A stretch of 64,000 bases of DNA from Squalus acanthias. Lineage: Eukaryota. This document shows, one piece after another, positions 11,389 to 23,999 of the stretch. Every line of letters starts with the position of its first letter. Position 1 is the first letter of the stretch. The stretch lies in NCBI GenBank assembly GCA_030390025.1, contig CM059432.1, positions 141,734,001-141,798,000 of the forward strand. Reading direction: 5' to 3'. The translations under genes were made by a program, and so were the position numbers. The notes beneath the pieces were generated by a model that was given only the letters and a program-made list of their open reading frames with translations, did not search any database and had not been told where the DNA came from.

Positions 11389-13213
11389 ACAACATTTAAT
11401 CAGTGTGTGTTTTTTTTAATCTTCTATTATGTACTGTTTGGCAGGCAAACCATTTTGAATGTATCAGATATTAATTTGCTAATAGTTGGCACAGACACTA
11501 CTGTTTAGGTTATCACTAATCTCGCATTCTATTGCTAACAGTAGAAACTGATTCATATTGCAGCACCATTTGGCACATGTCTAAGTGAGGATGGTTATAT
11601 TTAAAGTGAGTTTTTCATTACACAAGCTTCAGGTTAAAATTCTTGAATATAAAACTTTGTTTTTAGCTGTGAAGATGTCTTTTCTGGGAGGACAAAACTT
11701 CTGCCTTCCCAATAGTTGTGGTTTGCAAGGTGGCAGAGTGATTATGGTTGTTTATGTGAGTGTAGACTTGGTTTTTATTTAGCTTTGGATTCAGTATACA
11801 GAATGTATTTAACTGCTTTCCTGAACTAGATTGTCAAAATTTGTTTCCATAAACTAGTTATTTGAAGTTTGGTTATAGACCAAGTCTCATCAACCATGGA
11901 CCTTCTCCGCCCTAGTGCCATTTTGAACAGTTTCCTTCCAGTGTACTTTCTGATCTTATTCTGAAAGATTCCTTGCCTCTCACAATGAGGTTTTGAAGCA
12001 TAACACAGATAAAATAACATAATAGCCTGCAGTGGAAATCATTTTGGCAGGTCCTTTTTAATGGTATGATGGGCTATGGTGATCTTGCATGAGCCTACAA
12101 GAAGAGCATGTGACACCTATTAATGTGATGCTTTTGTGCTCATTCTTTGTGTTTTACCCTCTCCTCTGTAGCTTTTGAGCCAAATAGTGGTTATTTCTGA
12201 ATATAGAATTAAAATAGCTTAAATAGATACTTTTGGAATGAAGAGAGTTTAATGATATGTCAATGTTCCTCAACACTAATTGTGGTGCTCTGTACCTAGA
12301 TGATCTTTGCAAGTACTATAGCCAGGCAGTTCTTCATTTTTAAGTAAACTTCTGATAATTCATGAAAGTTACTGAAAAATGATTTCAAAATTTTGTTTGG
12401 TAATGAACCACTCTTTCTAAATCTTGAATGTATGAAGAACTATTTAGCCTATGAACCTAATGTTTCAAGCTTCAGCTTCTGATTCGAATTGGGGAATGGT
12501 ACACCTTTAGTTTTTGTACTAAGGAATTCCTTTGGTGGATAAATTAACCTATTTGAGTTTAAACAGCTATGTAATAAGGAAATTTAAAGTGATAATTGAT
12601 GACGACATTAACAGTAAAGGAACCCAAAAGGAAATGTGATGTGGAAACAGTAGAACCAAATGTACAAGATTGTTTGCTGTGATTATTTTCTCTCACTATA
12701 TTTACTAGGGAATTTAAAAATATTTCTATTTTCTTGGTATGTTTTGGTGTATCTGATGAATACTGTTCATTTTAAGTTTGAATGTACCTTAGTGACCAAT
12801 TAAGTCAGTTACAGGGCTAAGTCAGTAGTTCCAGAAAATTAAGACATCACTAGTGATGTCAACATGTTTTTAGAGACTGAAGCAATTAGTAAGCATTTAT
12901 GCCAGTGACCTTTTTATCAAGGCCAGTGATTAGTCACAGCAAGGCATTGTGCGGCAAATCCCATAATTTTTATATCTTTGACGACTGTTCATTTTTAAAT
13001 TCTTTTCTAAATTTGGAATCCATTAAATGTTTGACAGATATTAAGTAGTTAAGAGGAAGAGGACAAAACCAGTAGCCAATAGCAAGTAACGTTCTGTCCC
13101 TTGAAGTGGGTTGTCAGTTTAACACCGTCAGCCATTAACCTGTTAAACTATCTACAGGCTGGGTTGGAAGCCACTGCATGGGTTTATGAAAAACTCATCC
13201 AATTAAACTCTGG

Positions 13214-13600
13214 CAATTATATAGCTTTATCATAGGAAATGTCCCAAGGCACTTCTCAGATGTAGGACTGATGCTGACCACTATAGTAGGAGATGTAACA
13301 GAAACAACAGAAAGCATAGTTGAAAGTGTTGCTTTTGAAGAGAGTTCCAGAGTAAAACTGAAGTGACTGATGGCTCTGGAGCAGAAGGGGGCGCACAAGA
13401 GCTCTGAGTTGGAGGACCACAGGGCACAAGTTGGGGCATAGGGTTAGAGGAGGTTGCAGAGGTAGGGTGAGGTGAGACCATAGAGTGACTTGCAAGACAA
13501 GAATTCTGACTTCAATTCATTGGACAGGGAACCAATGGAGCTCAACAGTGGAGGGTGATTTGGGGACAGGAGGGTTGAACTTGGTGTGGGACAGCATAAG
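13214..13600 (-). mobile_element. Old L2 LINE 3' fragment
   Basis: Reverse-complement similarity to the L2 end at 39595-40060; heavily diverged. Confidence 0.5.
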
Positions 13601-14547
13601 GCGGGTAGACTTGGATGTTTGAATTGTCACTTCGCCGATCCCTTTTTGACGAGCATGATTTTAAAAGTCTTATCTGCATTCGTCTCGAAGTCTGAGTGAA
13701 AGGGGATATCAATTGATTTACTTGAAATTCTGTATTATCATTGGATTTAAGTTCTCATGTTCTACTCCAAGTTGCTGTATCATAGTAATAAAATCATGGT
13801 TTAAAATTATTACTATGTGTATGAATTAACACTTCACATTTAGTGTTGAAAGTAATTTTGGGTTAGAAGTGCCTACAGTTCTCTAGCAGCAGCCTTTTCC
13901 GTTACCAGTTATGCTCCAAGCCACTCAGTAATGCTTAAACTGGTTGTTAATTGTTACTGTATCTTGCATTATTATACATGCCTGAGAAATGTGGATTAGT
14001 AATGATTTAACCTTCTTTCCTACAGTTACAGCATTTGTAGGGGGACTTCTGTGTCTGTCTTAAATTTTTACCTGCCATTGCCCCATGATTTTTGGCAAAA
14101 TTTCATGTAATCATTAGCTTTGCCTTCACGCCCCAGCGCAGTAGAAATATTTAATGATGTTTATCGTTGTAGCCTAGTTTGCACTGTTAGTGGGGTTCAA
14201 AATGAAACTTTGATCAGGTTAACTGCCTTTCAAAAGGTGTTACCTTTGCTGATGGTCTTCTAAGTTGTAAATTATGAAATTCCTTAAATTCTACTGTTAT
14301 CAGATATATGATAAGTATTTGGGAAACAGGATGGCATAGAATGTACTCTTTGGCTGGAATTACAATGCGGTAATTCACGTAGAGTACTGCCATCACATTC
14401 TATTTTAGTTCTATAAATATATGAATTGAAAATATTTTTTCCATGCAGACATTGATTGTGATGGAGAGTGCATAGACCTTAGTACTGTATCCTTCTTTGT
14501 AATCAAACGCATAAGTGAACTTAATGTTTTCCTCTTTTGTATTGCAG

Positions 14548-14682
14548 GGTTCATCATATTAAACAGCAAGGAAAATGGATTTTTTGTCTGTGATGGACTT
14601 TTTGAAATAATTGCAGATTGGCACATTTTATCTGCTACTGGATATAAACGTCTTTTGTTCTGCTTCCAGTTTTGAAAACAGC
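14548..14682 (+). other. SNRK: 5' UTR portion of first coding exon of SNRK
   Basis: Acceptor TTTTCCTCTTTTGTATTGCAG|G; an alternative acceptor is possible at 14670. Confidence 0.65.
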
Positions 14683-15271
14683 ATGGCAGGTTTTAAACGT
14701 GGATATGATGGAAAAATTGCTGGGCTGTATGATTTGGATAAAACATTGGGCAGGGGTCATTTTGCTGTTGTGAAACTTGCACGCCACGTTTTCACTGGAG
14801 AAAAAGTAGCGGTGAAAGTCATCGATAAAACAAAACTGGACTCTGTAGCTACAGGGCATTTGTTCCAGGAAGTACGATGCATGAAACTAGTGCAACATCC
14901 CAACATTGTCCGTCTATATGAAGTGATTGACACTCAAACAAAACTTTATCTTATTCTGGAATTGGGAGATGGCGGTGATATGTTTGATTACATCATGAAA
15001 CATGAAGACGGTCTTAGTGAAGATCTAGCAAAGAAATACTTTGCACAGATAGTGCACGCAATATCTTATTGCCACAAGCTGCATGTTGTTCACAGAGACC
15101 TGAAGCCAGAAAATGTGGTTTTCTTTGAACAACAAGGAATTGTAAAACTTACAGATTTTGGGTTTAGCAACAAGTTTCAACCTGGAAAGAAGTTAACAAC
15201 AAGCTGTGGGTCACTTGCGTATTCCGCACCAGAGATTCTGCTCGGAGATGAGTATGATGCGCCTGCAGTAG
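14683..15271 (+). CDS. SNRK: SNF-related serine/threonine-protein kinase, coding exon 1 (aa 1-196, kinase domain)
   Basis: [59 protein letters not shown] is diagnostic of SNRK; T173 activation-loop residue present; donor G|GTAGGT; 589 nt. Confidence 0.98.
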
Positions 15272-15336
15272 GTAGGTTCATTTTAAAAGTGGAGTTTTGA
15301 GGTAAATAATCATATTGCTTTTTTGACTATAAATGG

Positions 15337-15377
15337 GATCACTTTTTCATGTTTAGATCACTTTTTCATGTTTAGAT
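15337..15377. repeat. 19-bp tandem duplication GATCACTTTTTCATGTTTA x2
   Basis: Read directly from sequence. Confidence 0.9.
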
Positions 15378-15479
15378 AACATTGCTAAGTGCTTTAGCTG
15401 TCAGTAACTGTTAAATTGCTCATAGTTTGTTTAATTTTGAATTGATACTACATTGAAGTGATGCTCCTGGTTATATACA

Positions 15480-16910
15480 AACATACAGAAAAGGAGGACA
15501 GGGCAAAAAAATCAATTGGTCCATCAAGTCTGTTGCACCCAGACATATGACAGCGCACAGCTACCTACTCCTGCAATCACTCATCCTTCTAAGAGGAAAA
15601 AAAAGTGGCCTAATTTATGAAAGATAACCTCTGGGAAATACCTTTGACCCCCATGAAGCAAGCTGCAGTTTGATGACTGACGTTACTAGTCCCACTTAAA
15701 CCACCTACCTACTATAACTTGCAAGTTCCTTCCGCTCACCCAGCTTCCTTTTTGAAAGCCTGCAGCAAATCCACGCTTGTTTAATTCTATGCTTTTGTAA
15801 CTTGTACTGACTTCGCCTAGTCCTCCCCTGCCCATCTAGCTCAAATAATCTGTCCACATAGACAGGATCTTATCCCTTCATTATTTTAAAAATCTCAATT
15901 ATACCCCTCGAGGTCTAGCACTTTTCCTGAGTAAGGAGCCCCAATCCCCTAAGCCTATCCTGATAACTAAAGCCCTTAAAACAGGTATTAATCGATTGGC
16001 TCTCTTCTGAGAGGGCACAGTATTCTAGATCTAGCTGAACCAAGGCCTTGTACAAGGCAAGAACTCTAACTCTAGTTTTATATTTAATTGTCCTAGCTAT
16101 ACACCATAACGTAGTCATAACGGTCTAGCGACACCGTTATGGACCTACAGTATTTCAAATATTTCTCCTATTTAGCCTTGAGTAGGCAACATTGTATGGC
16201 GTATACATACCATGGTATTACCCCAGACCAATGCACCATGTGGCACTTGCTTACATTGGAAGATATTTGTCACACTGGACCCATTCCCCAAGTGTCTAGA
16301 TCCGCCTGCAGACTGTTTAATGTGTCTAAGGTACTAACTACCATGTGTATTTTTGTGTTATCAGTACTTCCCCCAATCCCTGCATCCAGATTATTACTAA
16401 AAATGAAAAGCAACGGACCTAGCGAGGATTCCTGTGGGACCCCACTAGTTCTCAGCTCCCCGTGCAAAGCTACCACCATTAATAACTACCCTCTATCTAT
16501 GTCAATGCAATCATTTTGCTATCCAGCCTAAGATCTGCCCAGCAAACAAGATGGAATCTTATTTAGCAGCCTCCTATGTGGCACTTTATCAAAACCTTTT
16601 TGAAAATCAAGATACATATTGTTCACTGGACTTTAAGCATCTACGAACTTTGTAACTGCTTTGAAACATTTGATCTGGTTGGTGAAACAGGACCTCCTTT
16701 GTAGAAGCTATGCTGGGATTCCCTAATAATTTTTGCTCTTTTTACAAGATGATACAACATATCTCTATTAATACCTTCAAGCAACCTACGTATATCTGAA
16801 GTTAAACTAATGGGCCTGTGGTGTCCTGGTTCTGAATTACTGCCCTTCTTAAATATAGGGACCACATTGGCGCCTTTCCTACTGTTCCTGTGTAACTTTA
16901 TAAATATTTT
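15480..16910 (-). mobile_element. Old degenerate CR1 LINE
   Basis: Fragments ANVVPIFKKG..HRPISLTS, SGVPQES.LGPLLF, LYKALV..LEYC. Confidence 0.8.
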
Positions 16911-16934
16911 GTATCTGTCATGGACATTGAGTCT

Positions 16935-17595
16935 GTCCAGGTACACAAATCACTAAAAGCTAGTGCACAGGTACAAAAAGTAATCAAAAAGGCTAATGGC
17001 TTATTTCAAGGTTTGAGATACAAAAGAGAGGAAGTTATGCTTCAGTTGTATAGAGCCTTGGTCAGACCCTATCTGGAGTACTGTGTTCAATGTCCACCTC
17101 AGGAAGGATATATTGGCCTTGGAGGGGTACAGTGTAAATTCACCAGAATGATACCAGAGCTTAGAGTTAAATTATGTGGACAGTTTTCATAAACTTGGCT
17201 TGTATTCCCATCAATTTAGAAGGTTGGGGGTGGTTTAATCGAGGTATTTAAAATGATTAAGGGATTCGATAAGGTAGGTATAGAAAAACGACTTCCTAAA
17301 ACGACTTCCTCTGCTAAAGGAATCCAAAACAAGGGGGCATAATCTTAAAATTAGAGCTAAGCCATTCAGGAGTGAAATCAGGAAGCATTTTTTCCACACA
17401 AATGGTAGTGGAAATCTGGAACTCTGCCCCTCCAAAAGGCCGTGGATGTTGAGTCAACTGAAGTTTTGGAGACTCACATTTTTAATAGGTAAGGGTATCA
17501 AGGGATATGGATCAAAAGTGGGTAAATGGAGTCGAGGTACAGATTGAATGGCAGGACAGGCTCGGGGAGCAGAATGGCCTCCTTCTGTTCCTATG
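16935..17595 (+). mobile_element. CR1 LINE 3' fragment
   Basis: LQLYRALVRPYLEYCVQ; tail AATGGCCTCCTTCTGTTCCTATG. Confidence 0.85.
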
Positions 17596-18279
17596 GTAGT
17601 GGAATGAAGAAGGCCGGGGCTTATCTTTGCTTGCCAGGATTATCCTGGAGTCATTCAGGAATTCTCTCAGGAACTCGGGGGGTGTGTTTGGCTGTAATGT
17701 TGAGCCAGCACATGTCTCCTTTTCAGAAGAATATCAGGATTTTCTTCTTAATTGGTGATCCAGCAATAGGCACACTTTGGAAGAGCAAAGATGTCATAAT
17801 TAGACCACTGGTCATATTTCTGCAGAGTTCAATTATCCTCTGTGGCTAATGACGAAAACAGAAAGGGGAAGTTTTCCCTGGGCTCTTGTAGTAGCATCAG
17901 GTCTGGTTACTGCTCTATGTCCTTGGTCATTTTGTATCGCAATCAGTCACATAAATGTCACCACACTTATAGAACCACACTTTTGCATGTAGGTCACTCT
18001 CTGAATCTTGCATCTGTTTAACTCAAATGGCTGTTTCTTGTGCTAACCAGAGAGCCCTTTTTTTCTGCTAGGTCTCTTTACTTTCTTTCACTCGTAAAAA
18101 AAACACTTTGGACAATTTGTCCAGTTCACAGATTGTCCTGATCGAGAATGCAAAACCTAATTTTGAAATTCCACTGATCTGTACCGTGTAATAGATGTTA
18201 GTGAATCCTGTAAGTGGTGTACAGTGTAGAGTAAGGTAGGTGAGTTCTTTGGTATGGAAGAACAATTATGATTGCTGAG

Positions 18280-18610
18280 CCTTGTGAGGAGAGAGGCACG
18301 GAGCTAAACCTTTTTCATTAGAGAAAAGAATATGAGGTGGGATCATGATCCAAGTCTTTAAAATGCAGAGACTTAGACATTGTAGATATAAGCAGGCTAT
18401 TTGATGGAGGCTGTGAGCACAAACTAGAAACAAGGTTTAAAATTAATGATTCTGCAAGTACATGTAGAAGTTAGGAGGGAAAAATCCTGTAGACTAGTGG
18501 ATGTGTAGAACAGACTCCTAGCAAAAGCAATTAATTGCTTTGTCAATTTCTTCAAAAAGGAACTAGATACATATCTAATTGGGAATGGGAATAAAAGTTC
18601 TTGGAATTAT
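18280..18610 (+). mobile_element. Very old CR1 fragment
   Basis: Weak similarity to the CR1 ORF2 C-terminal region (LFSLEKR; FKKELD.YL). Confidence 0.5.
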
Positions 18611-20149
18611 ATGATCAAATACTCCATGTCATGGTGATTTCCATGGGTTTTTGAGTGGGAAATGTATTCCTTTCTTTGGAGACTAAAGTGCCCAATCCGG
18701 GAGATAGCTGTGGCTGTCATTATCAAATGACCTAGTGGACTTCAAGCTTTGGTCAGCAACTTTGTATTTGATCCTGAAAGATTAGGTTATTTCAAAACCC
18801 AAAGACTGCTTAAAAACTATCCAGGAGTATCCTTATTCAGAGTTCTGTAGGTGTGTCTGCTTAGTAAATAAACCAGGTCGCCTCTAGCCGAATAGCCTGC
18901 ACTTGAGTCAGACTGCTCTTGATCGGGTAGTCTAGCTTGGATCCATCCATCTATTTTATTAATTATTTGGTTACATCTGTGTTGCCTTCTCGCAATCTGA
19001 ATGCCTAAAATAATTTTATGACCTTTTACTTCACCACCTTCTGCCCCCCACTTCCTTCCCTGCTGATCTGATGGGTCAGTGGAAAAACCATCTGGTATGG
19101 GAATGGGATCTTGGCATTTCTTTCCTTGCAGTAGTTGTGGGAGCTCTTGCATCTCACTGGCTATGTGCCACCTCAAACTTGGTGTGGGATGCAGATATAC
19201 CATTTGGAGCAGGGTGTTGGATCTTCCTTGTCTCTCTCTATAATTTTTTTCAGAATTAAAAATATTGAATGCAGTACTCTGCTGTAGCTATCTGGTATCA
19301 GCTGGAAGGGGGAAGGAGACTGCCCTACACTTCGCCCATTTACCAGATGCCACATTAGCTCTGTCCCAGTCCAGCTTCCTGCTTGATTCCTCCTACCTAG
19401 CATTGACTGCAGGCAAAATAACAGGAGAAATAGGCTGAGTGGGCCTCCGGGAGATCCACCAGTTTTTTTTGTTGTTGAATACATCTCATTCTTATCTTCG
19501 GTGTTCTTTGCAACCTTTTTAAGATCAAGCTTAATCAATGTGCAACCGTTCATTTACAAAGGTGCAAGGAAATTACTTGCTGTACAGTAATTTCTTAAAG
19601 GAAGATTTCATGTCTCTAAAAAGTTGTTGTCCAATAGAAGTTGCTGACTAGCCATAGGTGGGGTGGCTTTGGTGACAGCCATTTAGCCACGTGCACTAAT
19701 TTTAATAGAAAACGCCTCACATACACTCATAATACAGGTAAATGTACTTCACTTGTATACTTATTTAACAAACATCTACCACCATTCGGTAACCAAGGAA
19801 GTAAAGAACTCGCAATGATCACAAAACACTCGTGCACTCTGATTTTTGTATTGCCATTATACAAACGCATGCACGAAAAAGTTAAAGTGCACATGTATAC
19901 GCCGTGCGAATGAGTATTGAGATCCCATGCCCAGCGATGGTGTCTGTTACTCATTGTTTTATTTACTTAATCAGACATATAATTAGCTACATCTGGATTC
20001 CCAATTAGCCACACGTAGATGTGTTTACATCTTTTTTCTGTTTTTGTTTAATTACCAGCATCTGTAATATTTCTGCTTTTTACTTCGCTTGATGGATCTG
20101 TGCATATGGCTGCCGTAAGAACTAGGAATGGAGACACGCTCATTTGTTA

Positions 20150-20430
20150 CTTGGTTGGCTGGGTTTTTCCAGTGACTAGTTGAGCCATACAGATCGGAAG
20201 GTCCCAGGTTCAAACACCAGTCTGCTAAATTAGCTGATCTCCACCAGTGCCACTGTTGGGCACTAAAAGTAGGAGGGGGGAAATTGCTTCTGATTGCTAT
20301 TCAGTAATCCTTGGTGGTAGTGCATGTGTAGACTTCAGTTTAGAACACAATTTAGCTCTGCTATGTTGTCCTCCATGGTCAAACAGCCTACCAACAATCA
20401 TTGAGAAGGCACCTGCTGGAGTATGGCACC
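20150..20430 (+). mobile_element. Degenerate tRNA-derived SINE
   Basis: B-box-like GGTTCAAAC following GAGCCATACAGA..GGAAGGTCCCA head; otherwise diverged. Confidence 0.4.
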
Positions 20431-20989
20431 ACAGGCATCAATCAGGAGTGGAGATAAAAGATGGGGGTGGGGATTTGATAAAATTGTTTTTTAAAAGCAC
20501 TTGCTTATCCAAAGATGTTAATGCTTAATATGTGAGACAGTATGAATGAGTGAATTTCACAATCTTTTAATTGTCTGAATGAGTAAATTCACTTACATAT
20601 GTGCAAGAGCCTCCTCCTTCAGAACATAGGAGTTCCACAGTGTGTAATTTCCATTTCGCTGTTGCAAAATATCTTTCTTGAGGTATTGTTAGAGGTGTGG
20701 TAGGAATGTACGACAGGTGGGTTAGCTGCAGTAAGTGTGAGTCAGTTTTTCTGTGCTGTATGACTGTTCTAACTTGTTAGGATGCCATGGGTGTTTCTGA
20801 CTACATACCTGTGAAGGAAAGAATGCTGAATACAGCCAACATAACCGGTTATCCTACATTTTGAAAATATTGTTCAAAACCTTTGTATGTAGAGCAATTA
20901 ATTTGTTCTGATTTTTGTATACGGTGCTCAATTTTTAATATCAAAGGTATTAGTGGCTTACTTTTTAAGCTTGTAAGCTTAATTGTCAG

Positions 20990-21300
20990 CATTAAGCACT
21001 CCCAGGTCAAATAGCACAATTAGGTGCATGTAGCTCCCCAAACTCTCTCCCAACAATGTGTCTGAGCCCTTTACCTTAGAAGATCATGCCTTACATTAGC
21101 TATCCTGTGCTTCTCTTGAGTCAGATTGCCAATTAGTTTCAGTTAATACTAGGAATTGAATTCAAACTGCAAAACTCATTGGGCCCTTACAAACTACTGT
21201 CTGAGGAGATTTTCATCCCATCAGTCTGGACTGGAATTGAGCTAAGGTCCTAGCGGTAAATGCTCAGTGTATAGCACTCACCTTCCAACCCACTGAAGCC
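20990..21300 (-). mobile_element. Ancient LF-SINE-like element
   Basis: Reverse complement has a tRNA-like head and resembles the recalled LF-SINE body/3' end; similar to 47328-47540. Confidence 0.4.
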
Positions 21301-22329
21301 CAACGTAAAGACCACCTTTTAGTGGGTTTCTAGAAAAAACACTGATTTTGCTTTCCCATTAGTTTAAATACTGTGTATAATTTGTCATTCTGCCCCCAAA
21401 AAGGTGTATTTGCATTAGAAAGGGTAGAGAGAAAAAATCCATGTTGGATCTCAAGGGAGCTTAAAGCATTACAGCCTAGAAAGACAGTGATGGGATGTCT
21501 GAATCTCATGCAAGCCCTTGGATTTGATGAAATTGTCTCAAATCTTTTTGTTTTGACTTTTTAAGGAGTGCAGAATTCCAATGTTGTGCAGCAGTTACAG
21601 TGCCATTCCTCAAAGTGGATTGCAAGATACTTCCCACAGTGGTTTTGACCTTCTAACCAATGTAAATGGCTCCAGGAGGAAATACGTGCCTTTTACCATG
21701 TGGATTTTTGAATTTGTAGCATGTGGGAAGAATGAAACCCCTATGTGAATCACATTTTAGCTGTTTTTAATACATATTGAGGAAGTTGCATCAACAGAAG
21801 GTTGATTACCCTTTATGCAGGTAACATTGCCTTTATAACTGACTGCTCTACATTATCTATTATTTTTGAGTCCAAGACAATTTGGCGTATGGATTCCTCC
21901 TTTTCCTTGAAATCTAATCGTTATTTGGACAAGAGAAAGATTGAAATAATATTTGATTCAATTCAGACCTGGAAAAGATCTGCTGGCAATACCAAGTGAC
22001 TCATGGGTAGGACACTCTGTAGCACACTCAAGTGAATGATCTGTGTCTTTCTGTGACAGACGGAATAAAAATTACGCGGCATTGTGACAAGTATACTGTT
22101 TTGCATCTAGTGCTCTTTCACTGTAGGGGTATTTTGAGTATAATATATTTATTTAAATAATAGTTCAAAAACAAACAAAAGGGAAGAGAGTAGAGTAACA
22201 GTCAGAAATTGTGCTTTAGGCACTACAGGTAAAGGGAAAACTGAAAGATGTAAAGTGATTAAACCAGGAGAGAGAAATAAGAAACAAGTGAGTAAAACAT
22301 TAGAGCTGAAGGACAGGTTAGGGGGTGTG

Positions 22330-22940
22330 GTCCATTTAAGTGTTCTTTATACAAATGCACGGAGCATAAGGAATAAACAATGAACTGCAGGCGCAAAGTC
22401 AACTTGGAGGGTATGACATGGTAGCCATTACTGAGACATGGCTGCAAGGCGGTCAGGACTGGGAACTAAATATACCAGGTTATAAGGTCTACAGGAAATA
22501 TATGGAAAATGGTAGAGGGGAGGAGTAGTGATTAAGGATGAAATCACTTAATTGATAAGAGAGGATGTAACGACAGGTAAGGAGGCAGTAGAAACCTTAT
22601 GGGTAGAATTAAGAAATAGGAAAGGATTTAAGACTAGTGGGAGTTGTGTATAGGCCCCCTGGTAGCAGCTGTGAAGTGCTAGATTGTATAAATGCAGATA
22701 TTAGACAAGCATGTAGCAAAGGCAGAGTGGTTTTAATGGGGGATTTTAACTTTCATATAGATTGGCATAAGCAGACTAGCACATGTCAGAAAGGTAGTGA
22801 ATTTCTTGTGTGTCCAGGATAGTTTTCTGCAACAATATGTCCTAGAACCAACAAGGGGGCATGACATATTGGATTTAGTAATGAGAAATGAGCCAGATTT
22901 GGTTAACAGCCTAATGGTGCATGAACATTTATCTAATAGC
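22330..22940 (+). mobile_element. CR1 ORF2 endonuclease fragment
   Basis: YTNARSI, ITETWL, LNIPGY, GVVYRPP, MGDFN, LDLVM. Confidence 0.85.
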
Positions 22941-23536
22941 ATGTCTTAGCATGCAAACAAATTCTGGAAATGTGAGATTAAAGATGTCCACTTCATTCCT
23001 TTCCATTATGGACCTATTTTAATCCATCTTCTGCCTTCCCCCACCTTCTTGGTGTTTCTAATACCTTTCTACTGCCTAACTGATGCAATATATATAAACT
23101 ATTCAGGCTGTTAAACTCATTAACTGCTACATTGTGATGATAGTTAACATAACTAACTCTAGACTGATTTCTTTTTATCCCCCCCTCTTTACTTTGTTCA
23201 GTCCTATAATTCATTCTGGCACAGACACGATTGGGTCGAATAGCCTCCTGTGCTGTAAATTTCTATGATAAGATTCTATGAAAAGGATTCATTTATTTCC
23301 CAGTTTCCATTTATAACAAAGGGGCTACACCAGAAATATTAGCATCTGTAAAGAGAGGGGAAAAATAGGTTAACAGGCATGTGTACTTCCAGCATTTTCA
23401 GTTTTTAATCCTAAACATTTTAAAAATGGGATTAACCTCTTAGTTATGCTCACGATCTAAACTTGAATCCAAACTTAATAAATCTCATCCATAAATTTAT
23501 GCTGCATTCTAAACCTCACTATCCTTTTTTTATATA

Positions 23537-23851
23537 AAGAAAGAAAAGAAACACACGCATTTCTACAGCGCCTTTCACAACCTCCGGATGTCCCAAAGCA
23601 CTTTCCAGCCAATGAAGTACCTTTTGAAGTGTAGTCACTGTTGTAATGTAGGAAATGTGGCAGCCAATTCACGCACAGAAAGATCCCACGAACAGCAATG
23701 TGATAATAGCCAGATAATCTGTGTTTTAGCGATGTTGGTTGAGGGATAAATATTGGTCAAGTCACCGGGAAGAACTCCCCATCTCCTCTTCGAATAGTGC
23801 CATGAAATCTTTTGCGTCCACCTGAGGGGGCCTCGGTTTCAACCGAAAGAC
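23537..23851 (-). mobile_element. Deu-type SINE, 5'-truncated
   Basis: Contains the shared core CAGCCAATGAAGTAC..TTGAAGTGTAGTCACTGTTGTAATGTAGGAAA. Confidence 0.85.
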
Positions 23852-23999
23852 TATAAATTTACTGAAATTTATGGTCTCCCAATTTTGCATAGTGTTTGGA
23901 AAGAGTGTGAATGCCCGTGTAACTGTAGAACTTTCATCATTGTGGTGAAAATGTGTGCAAAACATTTGGAAGAATAACACATTCCTAGCTACCAAGGAT

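Noticed and set aside
14611..14682. 24-aa N-terminal extension of SNRK shown in the ORF track
   Set aside because: Starts at TTG directly after a stop; the recognisable start is MAGFKRG at 14683
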